Assembly (NCBI GenBank): GCA_965116475.1
Contig: OZ220691.1
Location: 928,001 to 992,000, forward strand
DNA from: Gemmatimonadota bacterium
Lineage (GTDB): Bacteria > Gemmatimonadota > Gemmatimonadetes > Palauibacterales > Palauibacteraceae
Direction of reading: 5' to 3'
DNA: 64,000 nt
Below, piece after piece: positions 1 through 10,881 of this stretch (its first letter is position 1; every line of letters begins with the position of its first letter). The position numbers and the translations under genes are program-made. Below the pieces are notes generated by a model that saw nothing but the letters and a program-made list of their open reading frames with translations, did no database searches and was not told where the DNA came from.

Positions 1-140
1 TCCTGACGTTCCGTCCCGAGGGCCCGATCGAACTCAATGACGTGCGGGTTCAGATCCGGCAGAGCCTCCGTACCCGCAAGCAGATCGACATCATTCTCCA
101 AGAGGTGCGTTCCAACACGTACATCGATGTGAGATTCTGA
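1..140 (+). CDS. surA: 3' end of SurA-like peptidyl-prolyl isomerase/chaperone (partial)
   Basis: Frame from nt 3 reads LTFRPEGPIELNDVRVQIRQSLRTRKQIDIILQEVRSNTYIDVRF*, with TGA at 138-140. This is a typical SurA C-terminus, directly upstream of pdxA. Confidence 0.65.
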   Translation, partial: LTFRPEGPIELNDVRVQIRQSLRTRKQIDIILQEVRSNTYIDVRF

Positions 141-145
141 GGAGG

Positions 146-1102
146 ATGACCCACATGCCGCGCCTCGGGATCACGCTGGGGGATCCGCGCGGGATCGGGC
201 CGGAGGTGACCGCGGCGGCGCTCTCCTCGTTCTCGGGCGCCCACGGGATCGAAGCGGTCCTCGTGGGGCCGCGTTCGCTCGGCGAGGTGGAAGACCGCCT
301 GGCAGGGGTGCCTCGGGAGGCGGTGGGAGACTGGAACCCGGCGGGCGGCGAGAGGCTCGCGGGCCTGCTGTCGGCGCGGGCCATCGAACGGGCCGTCGCG
401 ATGGCGCGGACGGGGGAGATCGACGGGATCGTGACGGCTCCGATCAGCAAGGCCGCCCTGCGGGCCGCGGGGTACGCGCACCCGGGGCATACGGAGTTCC
501 TCCAGGAGTTGGCCGGAGCGCACGAGGTCACGATGATGATGTCCGCCGAGCGCACGCCCCTCGGCGGATCACTGCGCCTCGCGCTCCTCACCGCGCATCT
601 TCCCTTGCGCGACGTACCCTCGGTGCTCGACGCGGGCCTCTTCGTGCGCCGGTCCGGGATCGCGATCGAAGCGCTGCGCGCCTGGTGGGGGATCGAGCGG
701 CCGCGCGTCGCGTTCGCGGGGCTCAACCCCCACGCGGGCGAGGGGGGACTGTTCGGCGACGAGGAGATCGAGGTGTTCGCGCCGGCGCTCACCCGGCTCG
801 CCTCCGACCCCGCGCTGGACATCCTCGGCGTCTTCCCCGGGGACACGGTCTTCCTGAAGGCGCTCTCGGGAGAGGCGGACCTCATCGTGACGCCCTACCA
901 CGACGTGGGCCTCGCGGTGCTGAAGACGATCGCCATGAACGAAGGCGTGAACGTGACGGCCGGGCTTCCCTTCCCGCGCACCTCTCCGGATCACGGCACG
1001 GCCATGGATATCGCGGGCCGCGGGGTCGCCGACCCGGGAGCGATGCGGGCCGCGATCGACCTCTGCGCCCGGTTCTGCGCGGCGCGGGCCCTCGCGACGT
1101 GA
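146..1102 (+). CDS. pdxA: 4-hydroxythreonine-4-phosphate dehydrogenase
   Basis: Motifs GDPRGIGPEV, TAPISK, GHTEFL, GLNPHAGE, YHD, RTSPDHGTA; GGAGG RBS. Confidence 0.95.
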   Translation: MTHMPRLGITLGDPRGIGPEVTAAALSSFSGAHGIEAVLVGPRSLGEVEDRLAGVPREAVGDWNPAGGERLAGLLSARAIERAVAMARTGEIDGIVTAPISKAALRAAGYAHPGHTEFLQELAGAHEVTMMMSAERTPLGGSLRLALLTAHLPLRDVPSVLDAGLFVRRSGIAIEALRAWWGIERPRVAFAGLNPHAGEGGLFGDEEIEVFAPALTRLASDPALDILGVFPGDTVFLKALSGEADLIVTPYHDVGLAVLKTIAMNEGVNVTAGLPFPRTSPDHGTAMDIAGRGVADPGAMRAAIDLCARFCAARALAT

Positions 1103-1767
1103 TCTCGCTCAGAGACGTCTCGAAGGCCTACCCGCGCTCCGGAGACGCGCTGCGGGGGGTTTCGTTCCGTCTCCGGAAGGGGGAGTTCGCCTTCCTCACG
1201 GGACCGTCGGGGGCGGGCAAGTCGACGGTGCTCGAACTGATCCACTTTCAGACCCTGCCGACCGCGGGCGAGGTGCAGGTCTCGCGCTACAACTCGAGGC
1301 GGGTCCGCCGCCGGGACATCCCGGCGCTGCGCCGACGCGTGGGGTTCGTGTTTCAGGACTTCAAGCTGCTGGAACGGCTGACCGCGGCGGAGAACGTGGC
1401 CTTTGCGCTCGAGGTCATCGGGACGCCGCGACGCGAGGTCGCGGGGCGCGTGCAGCGGCTGCTGAGTCAGGTCGGGCTCGCCGCCCGCGCCAGCTCGAGA
1501 CCGTCGGAACTGTCGGGCGGGGAGCGGCAGCGCGTCGCGGTGGCGCGCGCGCTTGCCACGGAGCCGCGGATCCTCCTCGCGGACGAGCCCACCGGCAACC
1601 TCGATCCCGACGCCGCCGGGGGGGTGTTCGAGTTGTTCCGGATGCTGAACCGCCTCGGCACGGCTGTGCTCATGGCCACGCACGACGCGGATTTCGTGCG
1701 CCGGCATCGCGGTGTTCGCCGCCTGGAGCTGCAAGGCGGACGGCTCGTCGGGGATTCCGCCGCGTGA
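1099..1767 (+). CDS. ftsE: Cell division ABC ATPase FtsE
   Basis: GTG overlaps the pdxA stop (GTGA). Walker A GPSGAGKST, FQDFKLL, LSGGERQRV, DEPTGNLD. Followed by ftsX. Confidence 0.92.
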   Translation: MISLRDVSKAYPRSGDALRGVSFRLRKGEFAFLTGPSGAGKSTVLELIHFQTLPTAGEVQVSRYNSRRVRRRDIPALRRRVGFVFQDFKLLERLTAAENVAFALEVIGTPRREVAGRVQRLLSQVGLAARASSRPSELSGGERQRVAVARALATEPRILLADEPTGNLDPDAAGGVFELFRMLNRLGTAVLMATHDADFVRRHRGVRRLELQGGRLVGDSAA

Positions 1768-2639
1768 GGGCCATGCGGGAGGCGCTCGCCGGCTTCCGAC
1801 GCACCCCTCTGCTGTGCACCCTCTCCATCGGAGCGGTCGGGCTCAGCCTCGTGATCCTCGGGCTCTTCGGGCTCGTTGCGCACAACGTCGGCGGGGTGAT
1901 CGGCGACGTGGAACGCCGCGTGGAGGTCGTCGGCTACCTGCTCGACGACGCGGGCCCGGAACAGGTGCGGACCGCCCGTCGGGAATTGGAGGCGCTCCCT
2001 GCGGTCGAATCGGTACGCTACGTTTCGAAGGAGGAGGCACTGGAGCGGGCCCGCCGCGATCTCGTCGAGTTCTCGGACGTTTACGGGGCACTGCGGGTGA
2101 ACCCGCTTCCGGCCTCGTTTCACCTCAGGCTCCGGGAGGGGTTCCGCACTCCGGAAACGGTGTCGGAGACCGCGGGCGCGCTCGCGGCCTATCCGTTCAT
2201 CGAGGAGGCGCGCTTCGGGGAGGAGTGGGTGGAGCGGCTGTTCGCCCTGCGGAGCGCGGCGGCGGGGATCGCCCTCGCCCTGGGCGGCGGGTTCGCGCTG
2301 GTCGCCGTGCTTCTCATCGTCACGACGGTGCGCATGGCCGTCCTCGCGCGCGGCGAAGAGATCGAGATCATGCAGATCGTGGGCGCGCGCGAAGGCTACA
2401 TCCAGCGGCCCTTCCTCCTCGAAGGCGCGGTCACCGGGCTCGCGGGCGGGCTGCTCGCGCTCGGCGTCACGCGCCTCGCCTACGTCGTCTTCCCCGCGCG
2501 CTTCGCGGCCGTCGAATCTCTGGCGTGGCTGCCGCACCTGTGGACCGCGGCCGGCGTCGCCGCCGCCGCACTTCTCGGCCTCCTCGCCGCCGCCTTCTCC
2601 GTGCACCGTGAAATGGGACGGGCGTATGGCCCATCCTAG
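1764..2639 (+). CDS. ftsX: Cell division permease FtsX
   Basis: Four TM segments; YVSKEEAL, NPLPAS, EIEIMQIVGA, PFLLEG. Confidence 0.92.
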   Translation: MRAMREALAGFRRTPLLCTLSIGAVGLSLVILGLFGLVAHNVGGVIGDVERRVEVVGYLLDDAGPEQVRTARRELEALPAVESVRYVSKEEALERARRDLVEFSDVYGALRVNPLPASFHLRLREGFRTPETVSETAGALAAYPFIEEARFGEEWVERLFALRSAAAGIALALGGGFALVAVLLIVTTVRMAVLARGEEIEIMQIVGAREGYIQRPFLLEGAVTGLAGGLLALGVTRLAYVVFPARFAAVESLAWLPHLWTAAGVAAAALLGLLAAAFSVHREMGRAYGPS

Positions 2640-3876
2640 GCGACACTACACTGGTGGGGGAAGCGCACGACGCCGCGCGTGGGCGGCGTGGCTCGTTGCG
2701 TCCGTGAGCCTCGCCATCACGACGAGCCCGGCGTGGCCCGCCCACGCGATCGCGCAGGAATCGCCGGATGTGCGGCGCCGCCTCGACGAGAGCCAGGCAC
2801 GGCTCGAAGTCATCCGCGAAGAACGGCAGCGGCTGCGCCGGGAGCTCGCGGGGATCGCCGGCCAGGTCAGCGGCGACTCGGCCGAACTCGTGAACATCGA
2901 ACGCCAGATCGACGCCTCGGCGAGCGTCCTGGCCGAGTTCGACGTTCAACGGCTCGCGCTCTCCGATCGGCTCACGGCCATGACGCGCGAGATGCTGCTC
3001 ACGCGCGACGCCCTCACCGCGCGCCGGGTCGTGCTCCGGGCGCGGCTCCGCGACATCTACAAGCGCGGCCCCCTCCGCGCGGTCGAGGTGCTCCTCTCCT
3101 CGCGGTCGTTCTCGGACCTGCTCAATCGCTACCGGTACCTCCGCGATGTGGCCGTCTTCGACCGCATGCTCCTCGAGGACGTAAGGGAACTCGAGGGCTC
3201 GCTCGCGGACCAGCGCAGCGGGTTGAGCCGGGAGAGTGATCGCATCGCGGGCGTACGGGCGGAGCGTTTCCGGGAGTACGGCGAGTTGGAGAGGCTGGAG
3301 CGGGAGCGGCAGGAACGGCTGCACCGCTTCGCCGACCGACGCGACGAGGCGCAGTCGACGCTGGCTCTGCTGGCGGCGGAGGAGGCCGAACTGCGCGCGC
3401 TCATCCGAGGCCTGGAGGAACGACGCCGATCGGCGGAACGCGCGGCCGGCACGGCATCGGTCTCGTCGCTCACGACCGGGGATCTCGGTCGCCTCGCCTG
3501 GCCCGTCGAGGGAGAGATCCTGTGGCGCTTCGGACCCGAGCGGGAAGGACGCACGACGATCCCGCGCGAAGGAATCGGGATCGCGGCGCCGCGCGGGACG
3601 CGCGTGAACGCGGTGGATCGCGGCACCGTCGCCTCCGTGGCGGCACGCGCCTCGGGGCAGACGGTGATCCTCGATCACGGGGCAGGCTTCTACTCGTCCT
3701 ATCAGAAGCTCCGCGACGTCACGGTCCGCGAGGGACAGGCGGTCGACGAGGGAGAGGCGATCGGATACGTGGGCGGTGACGCCACCCGGCCGCACATCGA
3801 GTTCCAGATCTACGAGCCGGGCGCGGTGGGGCCCCGCGCCGTGGATCCGGTCCGGTGGCTGCGGGGCCGTCCGTGA
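2626..3876 (+). CDS. envC: EnvC-like murein hydrolase activator (coiled coil + M23 domain)
   Basis: Signal peptide, long coiled coil, degenerate M23 domain (WPVEG, GIGIAAPRGT, PHIEFQI); follows ftsEX. Start uncertain (2608 or 2626). Confidence 0.8.
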   Translation: MAHPRRHYTGGGSARRRAWAAWLVASVSLAITTSPAWPAHAIAQESPDVRRRLDESQARLEVIREERQRLRRELAGIAGQVSGDSAELVNIERQIDASASVLAEFDVQRLALSDRLTAMTREMLLTRDALTARRVVLRARLRDIYKRGPLRAVEVLLSSRSFSDLLNRYRYLRDVAVFDRMLLEDVRELEGSLADQRSGLSRESDRIAGVRAERFREYGELERLERERQERLHRFADRRDEAQSTLALLAAEEAELRALIRGLEERRRSAERAAGTASVSSLTTGDLGRLAWPVEGEILWRFGPEREGRTTIPREGIGIAAPRGTRVNAVDRGTVASVAARASGQTVILDHGAGFYSSYQKLRDVTVREGQAVDEGEAIGYVGGDATRPHIEFQIYEPGAVGPRAVDPVRWLRGRP

Positions 3877-5084
3877 GCGGCGAGCGCCCCTGGGGGCAGG
3901 AGGATCTCCTCGGGCGCCTGGCCGGCGCCGTCGCGGGCCGCAGACTGCCGCAGTCGCTCCTCGTCCATGGCCCGGAGGGCGTCGGCAAACGCTCGCTGGC
4001 CCTGTGGCTCGCGCGCGCGCTCCAGTGCGAGGCCGCGGAAACCGGGGATGTGCCCTGCGAGGCGTGCCGGAACTGCCGCATGGCGGCACGGCTGGAGCAC
4101 CCGGACATCCACCTCCACTTCCCGATGCCGCGCCCGAAGCGGGCCTCCTCGCGGGCCAAGCTGCGAGAGGCCATCGAGGCGCAGCGCCACGAGCGTCTCG
4201 CTCTCCTGCGGGAGGATCTCCATGCGCGCCTGGACCGGGACGCGGTGACGGGGCTCTATGTGGCCGCCGTGGAGAACATCCGGGAGCAGGCGTCCCGGCG
4301 CCCGTCGATGGCGCGCCGGTCGGTGTTCGTGATCGAGGACGCGGAACGGATGGTGCCGCAGAGCGCCAGCCCCGAGGCGGCGAACGCCTTCCTCAAGCTC
4401 CTGGAGGAACCGCCGCCGTTCGCCTACATCGTGCTCACGAGCAGCCGGCCGGACGCCCTTCTGCCGACGATCCGGTCTCGCACGGTGCCGCTCCGCATGG
4501 CGCCGCTGCCCACCGAACGCGTGGCGGCCTACGTGGCGGAACACCTCGGCGTGGGGGACGGCGACCGGGCGCGGGGGGTAGCGCGGCGGGCCGGTGGCGC
4601 CGTCTACCGGGCCCGGTCGCTCGTCGACGCCGAAGCCGGCGAATCCGAGGCCGCCGCGGACGGTCTGCTGGCCGCCGCGCTCGACGGCACGCCGCAGGCG
4701 CGCTATCGCGCCGCGTCGCGCTACTCCGCGCGTGGCGCGCGAGGGGAGTTGGAGCCGGCGCTCGAGGCGCTGCGCCTCCGCCTGCGGGACATGCTCTGCG
4801 TCGCGGCGGGAGCCGCCGGCGCGGCACTCGACCCGGATCGCATGGCGAAGTCCGGCGGAGCGGGAAGCCGGGCTGCCCCCGGAGCGGGTGGAGGCCCCGC
4901 GGAAGGCGCGGTTCTCGAAGCCCTCGGGGCCGTCGATGCGGCGGTGGAAGGGGTGAGCCGCAACCTGAATCCGCAGGCGGCGACGGCCCTCCTGCTCGAG
5001 GAGATGAGCGCGGCGTTCGCCGGCCGCTCCACTGGCCGAACGGCGGGAACACCGCAGTTTGCGGGGGTACTGAGAGGTCTGTGA
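3873..5084 (+). CDS. holB: DNA polymerase III delta' subunit
   Basis: HGPEGVGK, Zn motif C..CEACRNC, HPD, AANAFLKLLEEPP, LLPTIRSR; GTGA overlap with envC. Confidence 0.88.
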   Translation: MSGERPWGQEDLLGRLAGAVAGRRLPQSLLVHGPEGVGKRSLALWLARALQCEAAETGDVPCEACRNCRMAARLEHPDIHLHFPMPRPKRASSRAKLREAIEAQRHERLALLREDLHARLDRDAVTGLYVAAVENIREQASRRPSMARRSVFVIEDAERMVPQSASPEAANAFLKLLEEPPPFAYIVLTSSRPDALLPTIRSRTVPLRMAPLPTERVAAYVAEHLGVGDGDRARGVARRAGGAVYRARSLVDAEAGESEAAADGLLAAALDGTPQARYRAASRYSARGARGELEPALEALRLRLRDMLCVAAGAAGAALDPDRMAKSGGAGSRAAPGAGGGPAEGAVLEALGAVDAAVEGVSRNLNPQAATALLLEEMSAAFAGRSTGRTAGTPQFAGVLRGL

Positions 5085-5098
5085 CGGGAGGCAGCTTC

Positions 5099-5581
5099 GT
5101 GGACGGACTCACACATCTGGACCCGGAGGGGCGGGTGCGCATGGTCGACGTGGGCGAGAAACCGCTCACGCGACGCGTGGCCGTGGCCGAGGGCCGGATT
5201 CGCATGCGCCGCGCAACGCTCGATGCCATCCGGGCGGGCGAGATCGAGAAGGGAGAGGCGCTCGCCGTGGCCCGTCTCGCGGCGATCCAGGGGGCCAAGG
5301 CGGCGTCCACGCTCGTTCCGCTCTGCCATCCGGTGCCGCTCGACGCGGTCGACGTCGATCTCGAAGCCGAAGAGACGCCGCCCGCCTACCGGCTCAGCGT
5401 GCGGGCTTCGGCGGAGTGGCGCACGGGTGTCGAGATGGAGGCGATGGCCGGTGTCGCGGCCGGCCTGCTCGCCCTGTACGACATGTGCAAGGCCATCGAC
5501 CGGGGCATGGCGCTGGGGCCGATTCGACTCCTCGAGAAGCGCGGCGGACGATCGGGCACGTGGACGGCGGACGCGGAGTGA
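5099..5581 (+). CDS. moaC: Cyclic pyranopterin monophosphate synthase
   Basis: LTHLD, MVDVGEK, PLCHP, TGVEMEA, YDMCKAID, KRGGRSG. Start 5099 follows GGAG; alternative start 5081. Confidence 0.95.
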   Translation: MDGLTHLDPEGRVRMVDVGEKPLTRRVAVAEGRIRMRRATLDAIRAGEIEKGEALAVARLAAIQGAKAASTLVPLCHPVPLDAVDVDLEAEETPPAYRLSVRASAEWRTGVEMEAMAGVAAGLLALYDMCKAIDRGMALGPIRLLEKRGGRSGTWTADAE

Positions 5582-5615
5582 CGCGGATGCGGAGGACGCG
5601 GATGTGGAGGGCGCG

Positions 5616-7073
5616 GTGAACCACGGAGAGGCGCTCAGGAAGAAGATCGAGTCGGGGGCGGCCCGGGTGGGCGTGCTCGGGCTCGGCTACGTCGGTCTTC
5701 CCGTCGTTACCGCGTTCTCGGGCGCCGGCTTCCGGACGCTGGGGTTCGACATCGACGAACGCGTCGTGCGGCGGGTGAGGCGGGGGGACTCCCACATCGG
5801 CGATGTCCCGGCGCGGGACGTCGCCGCCGCCGTCGAGAGCGGCCTCCTCGATGCGACAACGGACTTCGGCCGGCTCCGCGAGATGGACGCCGTCATCATC
5901 TGCGTTCCCACGCCGCTCGGGAAGACCGGCGACCCCGACGTTTCCCACATTCTCGACGCGCTCGGGCACATCCGCGACGGTCTCCGGCCCGGCCAGCTCA
6001 TCATCCTCGAGTCGACTACCTGGCCGGGTACGACACGGGAACTCCTGCAGCCGGAACTCGAACACGGCGGCCTCACCGCGGGGGAGGAGTTCTTCCTCGC
6101 CTTCAGCCCCGAGCGCGTCGATCCGGGGAATCCCACCTACACGTTCACGAACACGGCGAAGGTCGTGGGCGGACTCACCGCCTCCTGCCTCGCACTCGCC
6201 GCCCGTCTCTACGAGAGAGTCATCGACGAGGTCGTGAGCGTTTCGTCGCCCGAGGTCGCGGAACTCACGAAGCTGCTGGAGAACACCTTCCGCGCGGTGA
6301 ACATCGGTCTCGTGAACGAGATGGCGGTCATCGCGGACCGCCTGGGGATCGATATCGGCGAGGCCGTCGAGGCCGCGGCGACGAAGCCGTACGGCTTCAT
6401 GCGTTTCACGCCCGGCCCCGGCCTGGGCGGCCACTGCCTCCCGATCGACCCGCAATACCTCGCCTGGAAGATGCGGACGCTCCAGTACCGGACCCGTTTC
6501 ATCGAACTCGCCGCCGAAGTCAACGCGGAGATGCCGCGCTATGTCGTGGACCGGGTCGGGCAGGCGCTCAACCGGCATCGACTGCCGCTGAACGGGAGCC
6601 GCGTGCTGCTGCTGGGCGTCGCCTACAAACCGGGCGTCGGCGATGTGCGCGAGAGTCCGGCGCTCGACGTCATCGAACTTCTGCGCCGGCAGGGCGCCGA
6701 GGTCTCATATCACGATCCGTTCGTACCGCGATTGGCGCTCGAGGGCGGAGATCTCGAATCGCAGCCGCTGACGGCGGAGCTCCTCGCATCGAGCCACGCG
6801 ACGGTCGTCATCACGGATCACCCGCAGGTGGATTACGGTCTCGTGCTCGAGAAGGCGCCGATCATCGTCGATACGCGGAACGGCCTGCCGAAGGGGGCCG
6901 GCGAGCCGGGAGAGCGGGGCGGCGCGGTCCTCTATCCGCTCTCCGGCCCGCCGCGCGAAGGCTCAGCGCCGGATCTCAAGCCGATCGCCGGGGTGGATCC
7001 GGGTCGAGGAGAGGCGATTCCACTCGATGAGCTCGCGCGTCGATACCGAATGTCGGCGGGCGATCAGCCATAG
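5616..7073 (+). CDS. UDP-N-acetylhexosamine (nucleotide-sugar) 6-dehydrogenase, WbpA/TviB-like
   Basis: GLGYVG, ICVPTP, ESTTWPG, FSPER, KLLENTFR, GGHCLP, GVAYK. GGAGG precedes GTG 5616. The C-terminal tail overlaps the next gene. Confidence 0.9.
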   Translation: MNHGEALRKKIESGAARVGVLGLGYVGLPVVTAFSGAGFRTLGFDIDERVVRRVRRGDSHIGDVPARDVAAAVESGLLDATTDFGRLREMDAVIICVPTPLGKTGDPDVSHILDALGHIRDGLRPGQLIILESTTWPGTTRELLQPELEHGGLTAGEEFFLAFSPERVDPGNPTYTFTNTAKVVGGLTASCLALAARLYERVIDEVVSVSSPEVAELTKLLENTFRAVNIGLVNEMAVIADRLGIDIGEAVEAAATKPYGFMRFTPGPGLGGHCLPIDPQYLAWKMRTLQYRTRFIELAAEVNAEMPRYVVDRVGQALNRHRLPLNGSRVLLLGVAYKPGVGDVRESPALDVIELLRRQGAEVSYHDPFVPRLALEGGDLESQPLTAELLASSHATVVITDHPQVDYGLVLEKAPIIVDTRNGLPKGAGEPGERGGAVLYPLSGPPREGSAPDLKPIAGVDPGRGEAIPLDELARRYRMSAGDQP

Positions 7074-8675
7074 CGAGTCGCCCGGCCGGACCACGATCGT
7101 CACAGGTCCGGCCCCGCCGCTCACGGACCCGGCGCCGGCCGGCCGCCCGGCGCCCGGAATCAGCAACTCCTGGCCGATCTGCAGGCGGCGCGGATTCACG
7201 TTGCCGTTCGCGGCCCGCAGCGCCGCCACCGACACGCCGTATCGCTGCGCGATCACGTCGAGCGTCTGCCCGCGCTGCACGGTGACGACGGTCGTTCCCT
7301 CGGCATTCGTCCTGGCGGCGATCGGGCTGGCGCTCGAACTCCGCGCGATCGATGCGCCGGAGGCCCGCGCCGACCGGGGGATCACGAGTTCCTGGCCGAT
7401 CTGCAGGCGGCGCGGGTTCACGTTGCCGTTCGCCGCGCGCAGCGCCGCCACCGACACGCCGTACTGCTGGCCGATCCACCCCAGCGTGTGACCGCGCTGG
7501 ACCGTGTGGAACGTCCACGTCACCCGTTCGTCCGCCGGCACGGCGGCATACCGCGCCGCGAACCGGGCGGCGCCCTCGACCGGCACCCGCACTTCGACTT
7601 CCCGGTTCGGCGGCGTCACATCGCGCGGAAACTCGGGGTTGAGGAGGTTGATCGTCTCCTCGTCGGTCCCGGCGACCTCGGCCAGGACGTCGAAGCTCGT
7701 CGCGTCGGGCACCCGCACCTTCGCGTACTCCGGGATCGTCTCCCTCTCCGGATCCGGGAACCCGTAGCGCGCGGGATCGTGTCCGATCATGGCCGCCGCG
7801 ATGATCTTCGGCACGTAGTCCCGCGTCTCACGCAGCAGCAGCCGGCGGTCGGCGAGATCCCAGAAGGTCGCGCCCGGCACGGTGCGAAGGCCGCGACGGA
7901 CCCGGTTCGGCCCTCCGTTGTAGCCCGCCGCCGCGAGATACCAGGAACCGAATTCGTCATACAGATCCTTGAGGTGCCGGACCGCGGCGTCCGTCGCCTT
8001 CTCCGGGTCCCTTCGCTCGTCGATCCAGTAGGAGATTTCGAGACCGTACTGGCGCCCGGTACCCGAGATGAACTGCCACAGGCCCACGGCGCTCGCGCGG
8101 CTGTAGGCGTTCGGGTTCATGCCGCTTTCGATGAGCGCGAGGTAGATGAGATCCTGCGGCAGCCCCGCCTCCCGCAGCTTCCGTCGAATCATGGGCTCGT
8201 AGCGGGTCTTGCGGCTGAGGTAGGTCGCGAAGCGCTCGCCGATGACGGTCTGGAAGTAGTGGACCCACGATCGGACGCGCTCGTTCACTTCGAGCCTGAA
8301 GACGCGCGGATCCTCGCCTTCGTGGACCAGTCCGAGGGGGTCGCCGCCGAGCATCTCGCGCACGGCGCGGTCGACCTCCGCCGCGGTCGGGCCGGCGCCC
8401 GTGCCGTCTACCGGACCCGGCACGGCGGGGTCCTCCGGCAGCAACTCGTCGCCGGGCGCCGGCGCGGCGGCGTCTCCCGGTTCCGGGGTCGCCGCGGGCG
8501 TGTTCTCCCCGCCGGCCTCGAGCGCTCTCGGCTCGACGTTCGCGGTCTCCGGGGCCGGGCCGATATCGGGTGTACGCTGCGTGAACGCGCAGCCGTGCAG
8601 CACGAGGGCCGCGAGCACCGGACCGGTCCAGCGAAGATGTGCGCGGAAGTGGGTCGTTGATGATCGAATGGTCAT
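6963..8675 (-). CDS. mltD: Lipoprotein lytic transglycosylase (SLT) with 3 LysM domains, MltD-like
   Basis: Lipobox LHGC; IES, GLWQF, YNGG, ETRDYVPK; three LysM repeats. Confidence 0.88.
   Translation of the reverse strand: MTIRSSTTHFRAHLRWTGPVLAALVLHGCAFTQRTPDIGPAPETANVEPRALEAGGENTPAATPEPGDAAAPAPGDELLPEDPAVPGPVDGTGAGPTAAEVDRAVREMLGGDPLGLVHEGEDPRVFRLEVNERVRSWVHYFQTVIGERFATYLSRKTRYEPMIRRKLREAGLPQDLIYLALIESGMNPNAYSRASAVGLWQFISGTGRQYGLEISYWIDERRDPEKATDAAVRHLKDLYDEFGSWYLAAAGYNGGPNRVRRGLRTVPGATFWDLADRRLLLRETRDYVPKIIAAAMIGHDPARYGFPDPERETIPEYAKVRVPDATSFDVLAEVAGTDEETINLLNPEFPRDVTPPNREVEVRVPVEGAARFAARYAAVPADERVTWTFHTVQRGHTLGWIGQQYGVSVAALRAANGNVNPRRLQIGQELVIPRSARASGASIARSSSASPIAARTNAEGTTVVTVQRGQTLDVIAQRYGVSVAALRAANGNVNPRRLQIGQELLIPGAGRPAGAGSVSGGAGPVTIVVRPGDSLWLIARRHSVSTRELIEWNRLSSTRIHPGDRLEIRR
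7168..7463. repeat. Near-identical DNA duplication encoding LysM domains 1 and 2 (about 7168-7241 and 7390-7463)
   Basis: tcctggccgatctgcaggcggcgcgg[a/g]ttcacgttgccgttcgc... occurs twice, 222 nt apart. Confidence 0.9.
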
Positions 8676-8785
8676 CGGGCGGTAAGATCCCCTCTCGGCA
8701 CCACGACTTCGGTACTGCTATCCCCAGGCCCCTCCACCCCACCAGGGCGTCGCTCCGGAAGCGGGACCGGACAACACGCGAATGT

Positions 8786-8814
8786 ATCGTACCGAACCCG
8801 ATGTGCGGTGTCGA
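8786..8814 (-). promoter_or_regulatory. Sigma70-type promoter for the mltD-like gene
   Basis: TCGACA-N17-TACGAT on the minus strand, about 110 nt upstream of the ATG. Confidence 0.55.
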
Positions 8815-8843
8815 GATTCGACCCGGCGCCGGACGCCACGTCT

Positions 8844-10344
<1,501 letters not shown>

Positions 10345-10365
10345 ACTGGCAGCAGTCGACGACTG

Positions 10366-10743
10366 CTAGGGGTCGACGACGATCTCGCGCGTCTCGGGGG
10401 GCGGGCGATCTTCGCGGGGCTCCGGTTCCGGGCTGCCCGCTTCGAGTTCGGCGAGGAATCCGCGCCCGGCCTCGCGGAACGAGTCGATCACGCGGTCGGC
10501 CGCGCCGAGCACCTTCATCGTCCCCTTGACCGCGGTCGTCGAGGCCCGCGTCCTCCGCAGCCCCCGGTGGACGGATTCGGCGAAGTGCTGGAACGGGTCC
10601 GCGCCGGCCGCCGGCCGGGAGGCGTACTTCGAAGCGAGATAGTCGATGAAATCGACGACCTCGTACTGCTTGTCCTCGGGCAGGGCCTGGAGCTTCCTCC
10701 AGATCTTCTTCCTCAGAATCTCGTTCATGTCTTCTTCGGCCAT
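10366..10743 (-). CDS. Hypothetical protein with DUF2281-like N-terminus
   Basis: [19 protein letters not shown] motif; AAAGG precedes ATG 10743; GC3-rich codons. Confidence 0.7.
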   Translation of the reverse strand: MAEEDMNEILRKKIWRKLQALPEDKQYEVVDFIDYLASKYASRPAAGADPFQHFAESVHRGLRRTRASTTAVKGTMKVLGAADRVIDSFREAGRGFLAELEAGSPEPEPREDRPPPETREIVVDP

Positions 10744-10837
10744 GGCGCCTTTCCGACTCCGTGGTCGCACGAACCCGTCCGGCGTTCCTTCGCCGGTCCC
10801 TCTCATACTCCGCCCGACCCGGTGCAGGTTTCAAGGA

Positions 10838-10881
10838 GGGGTTCCGCGTTCCGCCGCCCGGGGGTTCCGCGTTCCGCCGCC
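10838..10881. repeat. Intergenic direct repeat GGGGTTCCGCGTTCCGCCGCC x2 (period 23)
   Basis: Copies at 10838-10858 and 10861-10881. Confidence 0.9.

Noticed and set aside
685-1098. N-terminal extensions in the ORF track for ftsE (also moaC, dehydrogenase, PPTase, cupin, FGE, TPR, etfA, xdhC, patatin)
   Set aside because: They overlap upstream genes and lack family motifs; starts were trimmed using overlaps and RBS
10838-10881. Direct repeats as a CRISPR remnant
   Set aside because: Only two copies with a 2-nt gap, no spacers and no cas genes
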